A stretch of 64,000 bases of DNA from Eledone cirrhosa. Taxonomy: Eukaryota. The stretch spans positions 10,602,001 to 10,666,000 of the forward strand of contig OZ024757.1 of the NCBI GenBank assembly GCA_964016885.1. Direction: 5' to 3'. Below are positions 24,001-36,000 of this stretch, in pieces. Position numbers and translations under genes: made by a program. The notes beneath the pieces are model-generated. The model worked only from the letters and a program-made list of their open reading frames with translations, was not told the origin of the DNA and did no database searches. Position 1 is the first letter of the stretch. Every line of letters begins with the position of its first letter.

Positions 24001-27000
24001 GGTGGCGGTGGTGGTGGTAGTGTTGATGGTGGTGGCGGTGGTGGTAGAGTTGATGGTGATGGCGGTGGTGGTAGTGTTGATGGTGGTGGCGGTGGTGGTA
24101 GTGTTGATGGTGGTGGCGGTGGTGGTAGTGTTGAGTGTGGTGGAGGTGTTGGTGGTAGTGTTGATGGTGGTGGCGGTGGTGGTGGTAGTGTTGATGATGG
24201 TGGCGGTGGTGGTAGTGTTGAGTGTGGTGGAGGTGTTGGTGGTAGTGTTGATGGTGGTGGCGGTGGTGGTGGTAGTGTTTCTGGTGGTGGCGGTGGTGGT
24301 AGAGTTGATGGTGATAGTGGTGGTGGTAGTGTTGATGGTGGTGGCGGTGGTGGTAGTGTTGATGGTGGTGGCGGTGGTGGTAGTGTTGATGGTGCTGGAG
24401 GTGTTGGTGGTAGTGTTGATGGTGGTGGCGGTGGTGGTGGTAGTGTTGATGGTGGTGGCGGTGGTGGTAGTGTTGATGGTGGTGTCGGTGTAGGTAATGT
24501 TGATCGTGGTGGTGGTGGTGGCAGTGTTGATGGTGGTGGCGGTGGTGATGGTAGTTTTGATTGTGGTGGCGGTGGTGGTGGTAGTGTTGTTGGTGGTGGC
24601 GGTGGTGGTAGTGTTGATGGTGGTGGCGTTGGTGGTAGTATTGATGATGGTGGCGGTGGTGGTGGTAGTGTTGATGGTGGTGGCGGTGGTGGTACTGTTG
24701 ATGGTGGTGGAGGTGGTGGTGGTAGTGTTGATGGTGGTGGCGGTGGTGGTGGTAGTGTTGATGCTGGTGGCGGTGGTGGTAGAGTTGATGGTGATGGCGG
24801 TGGTGGTAGTGTTGATGGTGGAGGTGGTGGTGGTAGTGTTGATGGTGGTGGCGGTGGTGGTAGTGTTGATGGTGGTGCTGGTGGTGGTAGTGTTGATGGT
24901 GGTGGTGGTGGTGGTACTGTTGATGGTGGTGGAGGTGGTGGTGGTAGTGTTGATGGTGGTGGCGGTGGTGGTGGTAGTGTTGATGGTGGTGGTGGTAGTG
25001 TTGATGGTGGTGGCGTGGTGGTAGTGTTGATGGCGGTGGCGGTGGTGGTAGTATTGATGGTGATGGCGGTGGTGGTAGTGTTGATGGTGGAGGTGGTGGT
25101 GGTAGTTTTGATGGTGGTGGCGGTGGTGGTGGTAGTGTTGATGGTGGTGGCGGTGGTGGTAGAGTTGATGGTGATGGCGGTGGTGGTAGTGTTGATGGTG
25201 GTGGCGGTGGTGGTAGTGTTGATGGTGGTGGCGGTGGTGGTAGTGTTGAGTGTGGTGGAGGTGTTGGTGGTAGTGTTGATGGTGGTGGCGGTGGTGGTGG
25301 TAGTGTTGATGGTGGTGGCGGTGGTGGTAGTGTTGATGGTGGTGGCGGTGGTGGTAGTGTTGATGGTGGTGGCGGTGGTGGTAGTGTTGATGGTGGTGGC
25401 GGTGGTGGTGGTAGTGTTGATGGTGGTGGCGGTGGTGGTAGAGTTGATGGTGATGGCGGTGGTGGTAGTGTTGATTGTGGTGGCGGTGGTGGTAGTGTTG
25501 ATGGTGGTGGCGGTGGTCGTAGTGTTGAGTGTGGTGGAGGTGTTGGTGGTAGTGTTGATGGTGGTGGCGGTGGTGGTGGTAGTGTTTCTGGTGGTGGCGG
25601 TGGTGGTAGAGTTGATGGTGATGGTGGTGGTGGTAGTGTTGATGGTGGTGGCGGTGGTGGTAGTGTTGATGGTGGTGGCGGTGGTGGTAGTGTTGATGGT
25701 GCTGGAGGTGTTGGTGGTCGTGTTGATGGTGGTGGCGGTGGTGGTGGTAGTGTTGATGGTGGTGGCGGTGGTGGTAGTGTTGATGGTGGTGGCGGTGGTG
25801 GTAGTGTTGATCGTGGTGGTGGTGGTGGCAGTGTTGATGGTGGTGGCGGTGGTGATGGTAGTTTTGATGGTGGTGGCGGTGGTGGTGGTAGTGTTGTTGG
25901 TGGTGGCGGTGGTGGTAGTGTTGATGGTGGTGGCGGTGGTGGTAGTGTTGATGGTGGAGGTGGTGGTGGTAGTGTTGATGGTGGTGGCGGTGGTGGTGGT
26001 AGTGTTGATGGTGGTGGCGGTGGTGGTAGTGTTGATGGTGGTGGCGGTGGTGGTAGTGTTGATGGTGGTGGCGGTGGTGGTAGTGTTGATGGTGGTGGTG
26101 GCGGTGGTGGTAGTGTTGATGGTGGTTGCGGTGGTGGTGGTAGTGTTGATGGTGGTGGCGGAGGTGGTAGAGTTGATGGTGATGGCGGTGGTGGTAGTGT
26201 TGATGGTGGTGGCGGTGGAGGTAGTGTTGATGGTGGTGGCGGTGGTGGTAGTGTTGAGTATGGTGGAGGTGTTGGTGGTAGTGTTGATGGTGGTGGCGGT
26301 GGTGGTGGTAGTGTTGATGGTGGTGGCGGTGGTGGTAGAGTTGATGGTGATGGTGGTGGTGGTAGTGTTGATGGTGGTGGCGGTGGTGGTAGTGTTGATG
26401 GTGGTGGCGGTGGAGGTAGTGTTGATGGTGGTGGCGGTGGTGGTAGTGTTGAGTATGGTGGAGGTGTTGGTGGTAGTGTTGATGGTGCTGGAGGTGTTGG
26501 TGGTAGTGTTGATGGTGGTGGCGGTGGTGGTGGTAGTGTTGATGGTGGTGGCGGTAGTGGTGGTAGTGTTGATGTTGATGGCGGTGGTGGTAGTGTTGAT
26601 GGTGGTGGCGGAGGTGGTAGTGTTGATGGTGGTGGTGGTGGTGCTAGTGTTGATGGTGGTGTTGGTGGTGGTACTGTTGATGGTGGTGGAGGTGGTGGTG
26701 GTAGTGTTGATGGTGGTGGCGGTGGTGGTGGTAGTGTTGATGGTGGTGGTGGTAGTGTTGATGGTGGTGGCGGTGGTGGTAGTGTTGATGGCGGTGGCGG
26801 TGGTGGTAGTGTTGATGGTGATGGCGGTGGTGGTAGTGTTGATGGTGGAGGTGGTGGTGGTAGTGTTGATGGTGGTGGCGGTGGTGGTGGTAGTGTTGAT
26901 GGTGGTGGCGGTGGTGGTAGAGTTGATGGTGATGGCGGTGGTGGTAGTGTTGATGGTGGTGGCGGTGGTGGTAGTGTTGATGGTGGTGGCGGTGGTGGTA

Positions 27001-30000
27001 GTGTTGAGTGTGGTGGAGGTGTTGGTGGTAGTGTTGATGGTGGTGGCGGTGGTGGTGGTAGTGTTGATGGTGGTGGCGATGGTGGTAGTGTTGAGTGTGG
27101 TGGAGGTGTTGGTGGTAGTGTTGATGGTGGTGGCGGTGGTGGTGGTAGTGTTTCTGGTGGTGGCGGTGGTGGTAGAGTTGATGGTGATAGTGGTGGTGGT
27201 AGTGTTGATGGTGGTGGCGGTGGTGGTAGTGTTGATGGTGGTGGCGGTGGTGGTAGTGTTGATGGTGCTGGAGGTGTTGGTGGTAGTGTTGATGGTGGTG
27301 GCGGTGGTGGTGGTAGTGTTGATGGTGGTGGCGGTGGTGGTAGTGTTGATGGTGGTGTCGGTGTAGGTAATGTTGATCGTGGTGGTGGTGGTGGCAGTGT
27401 TGATGGTGGTGGCGGTGGTGATGGTAGTTTTGATGGTGGTGACAGTGGTGGTGGTAGTGTTGTTGGTGGTGGCGGTGGTGGTAGTGTTGATGGTGGAGGC
27501 GTTGGTGGTAGTATTGATGATGGTGGCGGTGGTGGTGGTAGTGTTGATGGTGGTGGCGGTGGTGGTACTGTTGATGGTGGTGGAGGTGGTGGTGGTAGTG
27601 TTGATGGTGGTGGCGGTGGTGGTGGTAGTGTTGATGCTGGTGGCGGTGGTGGTAGAGTTGATGGTGATGGCGGTGGTGGTAGTGTTGATGGTGGAGGTGG
27701 TGGTGATAGTGTTGATGGTGGTGGCGGTGGTGGTGGTAGTGTTGATGGTGGTGGCGGTGGTGGTAGTGTTGATGGTGGTGGCGGTGGTGGTAGTGTTGAT
27801 GGTGGTGGCGGTGGTGGTAGTGTTGGTGGTGGTGGTGGCGGTGGTGGTAGTGTTGATGGTGGTTGCGGTGGTGGTGGTAGTGTTGATGGTGGTGGCGGAG
27901 GTGGTAGAGTTGATGGTGATGGCGGTGGTGGTAGTGTTGATGGTGGTGGCGGTGGAGGTAGTGTTGATGGTGGTGGCGGTGGTGGTAGTGTTGAGTATCG
28001 TGGAGGTGTTGGTGGTAGTGTTGATGGTGGTGGCGGTGGTGGTGGTAGTGTTGATGGTGGTGGCGGTGGTGGTAGAGTTGATGGTGATGGTGGTGGTGGT
28101 AGTGTTGATGGTGGTGGCGGTGGTGGTAGTGTTGATGGTGGTGGCGGTGGTGGTAGTGTTGATGGTGCTGGAGGTGTTGGTGGTAGTGTTGATGGTGGTG
28201 GCGGTGGTGGTGGTAGTGTTGATGGTGGTGGCGGTGGTGGTAGAGTTGATGGTGATGGCGGTGGTGGTAGTGTTGATGGTGGTGGCGGTGGTGGTAGTGT
28301 TGATGGTGGTGGCGGTGGTGGTAGTGTTGAGTGTGGTGGAGGTGTTGGTGGTAGTGTTGATGGTGGTGGCGGTGGTGGTGGTAGTGTTGATGGTGGTGGC
28401 GATGGTGGTAGAGTTGATGGTGATGGTGGTGGTGGTAGTGTTGATGGTGGTGGCGGTGGTGGTAGTGTTGATGGTGGTGGCGGTGGTGGTAGTGTTGATG
28501 GTGCTGGAGGTGTTGGTGGTAGTGTTGATGGTGATGGCGGTGGTGGTGGTAGTGTTGATGGTGGTGGCGGTGTTGGTAGTGTTGATCGTGGTGGTGGTGG
28601 TGGCAGTGTTGATGGTGGTGGCGGTGGTGATGGTAGTTTTGATGGTGGTGGCGGTGGTGGTGGTAGTGTTGTTGGTGGTGGCGGTGGTGGTAGTGTTGAT
28701 GGTGGTGGCGGTGGTGGTAGTATTGATGATGGTGGCGGTGGTGGTGGTAGTGTTGATGGTGGTGGCGGTGGTGGTACTGTTGATGGTGGTGGAGGTGGTG
28801 GTGGTAGTGTTGATGGTGGTGGCGGTGGTGTTGGTAGTGTTGATGCTGGTGGCGGTGGTGGTAGAGTTGATGGTGATGGCGGTGGTGGTAGTGTTGATGG
28901 TGGAGGTGGTGGTGGTAGTGTTGATGGTGGTGGCGGTGGTGGTGGTAGTGTTGATGGTGGTGGCGGTGGTGGTAGTGTTGATGGTGGTGGCGGTGGTGGT
29001 AGTGTTGATGGTGGTGGCGGTGGTGGTAGTGTTGATGGTGGTGGTGGCGGTGGTGGTAGTGTTGATGGTGGTTGCGGTGGTGGTGGTAGTGTTGATGGTG
29101 GTGGCGGAGGTGGTAGAGTTGATGGTGATGGCGGTGGTGGTAGTGTTGATGGTGGTGGCGGTGGTGGTAGTGTTGATGGTGGTGGCGGTGGTGGTAGTGT
29201 TGATGGTGGTGGCGGTGGTGGTAGTGTTGATGGTGGTGGTGGCGGTGGTGGTAGTGTTGATGGTGGTTGCGGTGGTGGTGGTAGTGTTGATGGTGGTGGC
29301 GGAGGTGGTAGAGTTGATGGTGATGGCGGTGGTGGTAGTGTTGATGGTGGTGGCGGTTGTGGTAGTGTTGATGGTGGTGGCGGTGGTGGTAGTGTTGATG
29401 GTGGTGGCGGTGGTGGTAGTGTTGAGTATGGTGGAGGTGTTGGTGGTAGTGTTGATGGTGGTGGCGGTGGTGGTGGTAGTGTTGATGGTGGTGGCGGTGG
29501 TGGTAGAGTTGATGGTGATGGTGGTGGTGGTAGTGTTGATGGTGGTGGCGGTGGTGGTAGTGTTGATGGTGGTGGCGGTGGTGGTAGTGTTGATGGTGCT
29601 GGAGGTGTTGGTGGTAGTGTTGATGGTGGTGGCGGTGGTGGTGGTAGTGTTGATGGTGGTGGCGGTAGTGGTGGTAGTGTTGATGTTGATGGCGGTGGTG
29701 GTAGTGTTGATGGTGGTGGCGGAGGTGGTAGTGTTGATGGTGGTGGTGGTGGTGGTACTGTTGATGGTGGTGGAGGTGGTGGTGGTAGTGTTGATGGTGG
29801 TGGCGGTGGTGGTGGTAGTGTTGATGGTGGTAGTGTTGATGGTGGTGGCGGTGGTGGTAGTGTTGATGGCGGTAGCGGTGGTGGTAGTGTTGATGGTGAT
29901 GGCGGTGGTGGTAGTGTTGATGGTGGAGGTGGTGGTGGTAGTGTTGATGGTGGTGGCGGTGGTGGTGGTAGTGTTGATGGTGGTGGCGGTGGTGGTAGAG

Positions 30001-33000
30001 TTGATGGTGATGGCGGTGGTGGTAGTGTTGATGGTGGTGGTGCTGGTGGTAGCGTTGATGGTGGTGGCGGTGGTGGTAGTGTTGAGTGTGGTGGAGGTGT
30101 TGGTGGTAGTGTTGATGGTGGTGGCGGTGGTGGTGGTAGTGTTGATGGTGATGGCGGTGGTGTTAGTGTTGATGGTGGTGGCGGTGGTGGTCGTGTTGAT
30201 GGTGGTGGCGGTGGTGGTACTGTTGATGGTGGCGGTGGCGGTGGTGGTAGTGTTGATGGTGGTGGCGGTGGTGGTGGTAGTGTTGATGGTGGTGGCGGTG
30301 GTGGTAGAGTTGATGGTGATGGCGGTGGTGGTAGTGTTGATGGTGGTGGCGGTGGTGGTAGTGTTGATGGTGGTGGCGGTGGTGGTAGTGTTGAGTGTGG
30401 TGGAGGTGTTGGTGGTAGTGTTGATGGTGGTGGCGGTGGTGGTGGTAGTGTTGATGGTGGTGGCGGTGGTGGTAGTGTTGATGGTGCTGGAGGTGTTGGT
30501 GGTAGTGTTGATGGTGTTGGCGGTGGTGGTGGTAGTGTTGATGGTGGTGGCGGTGGTGGTATTGTTGAGTGTGGTGGAGGTGTTGGTGGTAGTGTTGATG
30601 GTTCTGGCGGTGGTGGTGGTAGTTTTGATGGTGGTGGCGGTAGTGTTGATGGTGGTGGCGGTGGTGGTAGTGTTGATGGTGGTGGCGGTGGTGGTAGTGT
30701 TGATGGTGGTGGCGGTGGTGGTAGTGTTGATGGTGGCGGTGGCGGTGGTGGTAGTGTTGATGGTGGTGGCGGTGGTGGTGGTAGTGTTGATGGTGGTGGC
30801 CGTGGTGGTAGAGTTGATTGTGGTGGCGGTGGTGGTAGTGTTGAGGGTGGTGGCGGTGGTGGTAGTGTTGAGTGTGGTGGAGGTGTTGGTGGTAGTACTG
30901 ATGGTGGTGGCGGTGGTGGTGGTAGTGTTGATGGTGGTGGCGGTGGTGGTAGAGTTGATGGTGATGGTGGTGGTGGTAGTGTTGATGGTGGTGGCGGTGG
31001 TGGTAGTGTTGATGGTGGTGGCGGTGGTGGTAGTGTTGAGTGTGGTGGAGGTGTTGGTGGTAGTGTTGATGGTGGTGGCGGTGGTGGTGGTAGTGTTGAT
31101 GGTGGTGGCGGTGGTGGTAGTGTTGATGGTGGTGGTGGTGGTGGTAGTGTTGATGGTGGTGGTGGTGGTGGTACTGTTGATGGTGGTGGCGGTGGTGGTA
31201 GAGTTGATGGTGATGGCGGTGGTGGTAGTGTTGATTGTGGTGGCGGTGGTGGTAGTGTTGATGGTGGTGGCGGTGGTGGTAGTGTTGATGGTGGTGGCGG
31301 TGGTGGTAGTGTTGATGGTGGTGGCGGTGGTGGTAGTGTTGAGTGTGGTGGAGGTGTTGGTGGTAGTGTTGATGGTGGTGGCGGTGGTGGTGGTAGTGTT
31401 GATGGTGGTGGCGTTGGTGGTAGAGTTGATGGTGATGGTGGTGGTGGTAGTGTTGATGGTGGTGGCGGTGGTGGTAGTGTTGATGGTGGTGGCGGTGGTG
31501 GTAGTGTTGATGGTGCTGGAGGTGTTGGTGGTAGTGTTGATGGTGGTGGCGGTGGTGGTGGTAGTGTTGATGGTGGTGGCGGTGGTGGTAGTGTTGATGG
31601 TGGTGGCGGTGGTGGTAGTGTTGATGGTGGTGGCGGTGGTGGTAGTGTTGATGGTGGTGGCGGTGGTGGTAGTGTTGATGGTGGTGGTGGCGGTGGTGGT
31701 AGTGTTGATGGTGGTTGCGGTGGTGGTGGTAGTGTTGATGGTGGTGGCGGTGGTGGTAGAGTTGATGGTGATGGCGGTGGTGGTAGTGTTGATGGTGGTG
31801 GCGGTGGAGGTAGTGTTGATGGTGGTGGCGGTGGTGGTAGTGTTGAGTAGGGTGGAGGTGCTGGTGGTAGTGTTGATGGTGGTGGCGGTGGTGGTGGTAG
31901 TGTTGATGGTGGTGGCGGTGGTGGTAGAGTTGTTGGTGATGGTGGTGGTGGTAGTGTTGATGGTGGTGGCGATGGTGGTAGTGTTGATGGTGGTGGCGGT
32001 GGTGGTAGTGTTGATGGTGCTGGAGGTGTTGGTGGTAGTGTTGATGGTGGTGGCGGTGGTGGTGGTAGTGTTGATGGTGGTGGCGATGGTGGTAGGGTTG
32101 ATGGTGGTGGCGGTGGTGGTAGTGTTGATCGTGGCGGTGGTGGTGGCAGTGTTGATGGTGGTGGCGGTGGTGATGGTAGTGTTGATGGTGGTGGCGGTGG
32201 TGGTGATAGTGTTGATGGTGGTGGCGGTGGTGGTACTGTTGATGGTGGTGGCGGTGGTGGTAGTAATGATGATGGTGGCGGTGGTGGTGGTAGTATTGAT
32301 GGTGGTGGCGGTGGTGGTAGTGTTGATGGTGGTGGCGGTGGTGCTGGTAGTGTTGATGGTGGTGACTGTGGTGGTGGTAGTGTTGATGGTGGTGGCGGTG
32401 GTGGTAGTGTTGATGGTGGTGGCAGTGGTGGTAGTATTGATGATGGTGGCGGTGGTGGTGGTAGTATTGATGGTGGTGGCGGTGGTGGTAGTGTTGATGG
32501 TGGTGGCGGTGGTGCTGGTAGTGTTGATGGTGGTGACTGTGGTGGTGGTAGTGTTGATGGTGGTGGCGGTGGTGGTAGTGTTGATGGCGGTGGCGGTGGT
32601 GGTAGTGTTGATGGTGGTGGTGCTAGTGTTGATGATGGTGGCGGTGGTGGTAGTGTTGATGGCGGTGGCGGTGGTGGTAGTGTTGATGGTGGTGGCGGTG
32701 GTGGTAGTGTTGAGTGTGGTGGAGGTGTTGGTGGTAGTGTTGATGGTGGTGGCGGTGGTGGTGGTAGTGTTGATGGTGGTGGCGGTGGTGGTAGTGTTGA
32801 TGGTGGTGGTGGTGGTGGTAGTGTTGATGGTGGTGGTGGTGGTGGTACTGTTGATGGTGGTGGAGGTGGTGGTGGTAGTGTTGATGGTGGTGGCGGTGGT
32901 GGTGGTAGTGTTGATGGTGGTGGTGGTAGTGTTGATGGTGGTGGCGGTGGTGGTAGTGTTGATGGCGGTGGCGGTGGTGGTAGTATTGATGGTGATGGCG

Positions 33001-36000
33001 GTGGTGGTAGTGTTGATGGTGGAGGTGGTGGTGGTAGTGTTGATGGTGGTGGCGGTGGTGGTGGTAGTGTTGATGGTGGTGGCGGTGGTGGTAGAGTTGA
33101 TGGTGATGGCGGTGGTGGTAGTGTTGATGGTGGTGGCGGTGGTGGTAGTGTTGATCGTGGTGGCGGTGGTGGTAGTGTTGATTGTGGTGGAGGTGTTGGT
33201 GGTAGTGTTGATGGTGGTGGCGGTGGTGGGGGTAGTGTTGATGGTGGTGGCGGTGGTGGTAGTGTTGATGGTGGCGGTGGTGGTAGTGTTGATGGTGGTG
33301 GCGGTGGTGGTAGTGTTGATGGTGGTGGCGGTGGTGGTGGTAGTGTTGATGGTGGTGGCGGTGGTGGTAGAGTTGATGGTGATGGCGGTGGTGGTAGTGT
33401 TGATTGTGGTGGCGGTGGAGGTAGTGTTGATGGTGGTGGCGGTGGTCGTAGTGTTGAGTGTGGTGGAGGTGTTGGTGGTAGTGTTGATTGTGGTGGCGGT
33501 GGAGGTAGTGTTGATGGTGGTGGCGGTGGTGGTAGTGTTGATGGTGCTGGAGGTGTTGGTGGTAGTGTTGATGGTGGTGGCGGTGGTGGTGGTAGTGTTG
33601 ATGGTGGTGGCGGTGGTGGTAGTGTTGATGATGGTGGCGGTGGTGGTAGTGTTGATCGTGGTGGTGGTGGTGGCAGTGTTGATGGTGGTGGCGGTGGTGA
33701 TGGTAGTTTTGATGGTGGTGGCGGTGGTGGTGGTAGTGTTGTTGGTGGTGGCGGTGGTGGTAGTGTTGATGGTGGTGGCGGTGGTGGTAGTATTGATGAT
33801 GGTGGCGGTGGTGGTGGTAGTGTTGATGGTGGTGGTGGTGGTGGTAGTGTTGATCGTGGTGGTGGTGGTGGCAGTGTTGATGGTGGTGGCGGTGGTGATG
33901 GTAGTTTTGATGGTGGTGGCGGTGGTGGTGGTAGTGTTGTTGGTGGTGGCGGTGGTGGTAGTGTTGATGGTGGTGGAGGTGGTGGTGGTAGTGTTGATGG
34001 TGGTGGCGATGGTGGTAGTGTTGAGTGTGGTGGAGGTGTTGGTGGTAGTGTTGATGGTGGTGGCGGTGGTGGTGGTAGTGTTTCTGGTGGTGGCGGTGGT
34101 GGTAGAGTTGATGGTGATGGTGGTGGTGGTAGTGTTGATGGTGGTGGCGGTGGTGGTAGTGTTGATGGTGGTGGCGGTGGTGGTAGTGTTGATGGCGGTG
34201 GTGCTGGTAGTGTTGATGGTGGTGACTGTCGTGGTGGTAGTGTTGATGGTGGTGGCGGTGGTGGTAGTGTTGATGGTGGTGGTGGTAGTGTTGATGGTGG
34301 TGGCGGTGGTGGTAGTGTTGATGGTGGTGCTGGTGGTGGTAGTGTTGATGGTGGTGGTGGTGGTACTGTTGATGGTGGTGGAGGTGGTGGTGGTAGTGTT
34401 GATGGTGGTGGCGGTGGTGGTGGTAGTGTTGATGGTGGTGGTGGTAGTGTTGAGTGTGGTGGAGGTGTTGGTGGTAGTGTTGATGGTGGTGGCGGTGGTG
34501 GTAGTGTTGATGGTGGTGGTGGTGGTGGTAGTGTTGATGGTGGTGGTGGTGGTGGTACTGTTGATTATGGTGGAGGTGGTGGTGGTAGTGTTGATGGTGG
34601 TGGCGGTGGTGGTGGTAGTGTTGATGGTGGTGGTGGTAGTGTTGATGGTGGTGGCGGTGGTGGTAGTGTTGATGGCGGTGGCGGTGGTGGTAGTATTGAT
34701 GGTGATGGCGGTGGTGGTAGTGTTGATGGTGGAGGTGGTGGTGGTAGTGTTGATGGTGGTGGCGGTGGTGGTAGAGTTGATGGTGATGGCGGTGGTGGTA
34801 GTGTTGATGGTGGTGGCGGTGGTGGTAGTGTTGATCGTGGTGGCGGTGGTGGTAGTGTTGAGTGTGGTGGAGGTGTTGGTGGTAGTGTTGATGGTGGTGG
34901 CGGTGGTGGTGGTAGTGTTGATGGTGGTGGCGGTGGTGGTAGTGTTGATGGTGGTGGCGGTGGTGGTAGTGTTGATGGTGGTGGCGGTGGTGGTAGTGTT
35001 GATGGTGGTGGCGGTGGTGGTGGTAGTGTTGATGGTGGTGGCGGTGGTGGTAGAGTTGATTGTGATGGCGGTGGTGGTAGTGTTGATTGTGGTGGCGGTG
35101 GAGGTAGTGTTGATGGTGGTGGCGGTGGTCGTAGTGTTGAGTGTGGTGGAGGTGTTGGTGGTAGTGTTGATGGTGGTGGTGGTGGTGGTGGTAGTGTTGA
35201 TGGTGGTGGCGGTGGTGGTAGTGTTGATTGTGGTGGCGGTGGAGGTAGTGTTGATGGTGGTGGCGGTGGTCGTAGTGTTGAGTGTGGTGGAGGTGTTGGT
35301 GGTAGTGTTGATGGTGGTGGCGGTGGTGGTGGTAGTGTTGATGGCGGTGGCGGTGGTGGTAGTATTGATGGTGATGGCGGTGGTGGTAGTGTTGATGGTG
35401 GAGGTGTTGGTGGTAGTGTTGATGGTGGTGGCGGTGGTGGTGGTAGTGTTGATGGTGGTGGTGGTAGTGTTGATGGTGGTGGCGGTGGTGGTAGTGTTGA
35501 TGGCGGTGGCGGTGGTGGTAGTATTGATGGTGATGGCGGTGGTGGTAGTGTTGATGGTGGAGGTGGTGGTGGTAGTGTTGATGGTGGTGGCGGTGGTGGT
35601 GGTAGTGTTGATGGTGGTGGCGGTGGTGGTAGAGTTGATGGTGATGGCGGTGGTGGTAGTGTTGATGGTGGTGGCGGTGGTGGTAGTGTTGATCGTGGTG
35701 GCGGTGGTGGTAGTGTTGATTGTGGTGGAGGTGTTGGTGGTAGTGTTGATGGTGGTGGCGGTGGTGGGGGTAGTGTTGATGGTGGTGGCGGTGGTGGTAG
35801 TGTTGATGGTGGCGGTGGTGGTAGTGTTGATGGTGGTGGCGGTGGTGGTAGTGTTGATGGTGGTGGCGGTGGTGGTGGTAGTGTTGATGGTGGTGGCGGT
35901 GGTGGTAGAGTTGATGGTGATGGCGGTGGTGGTAGTGTTGATTGTGGTGGCGGTGGAGGTAGTGTTGATGGTGGTGGCGGTGGTCGTAGTGTTGAGTGTG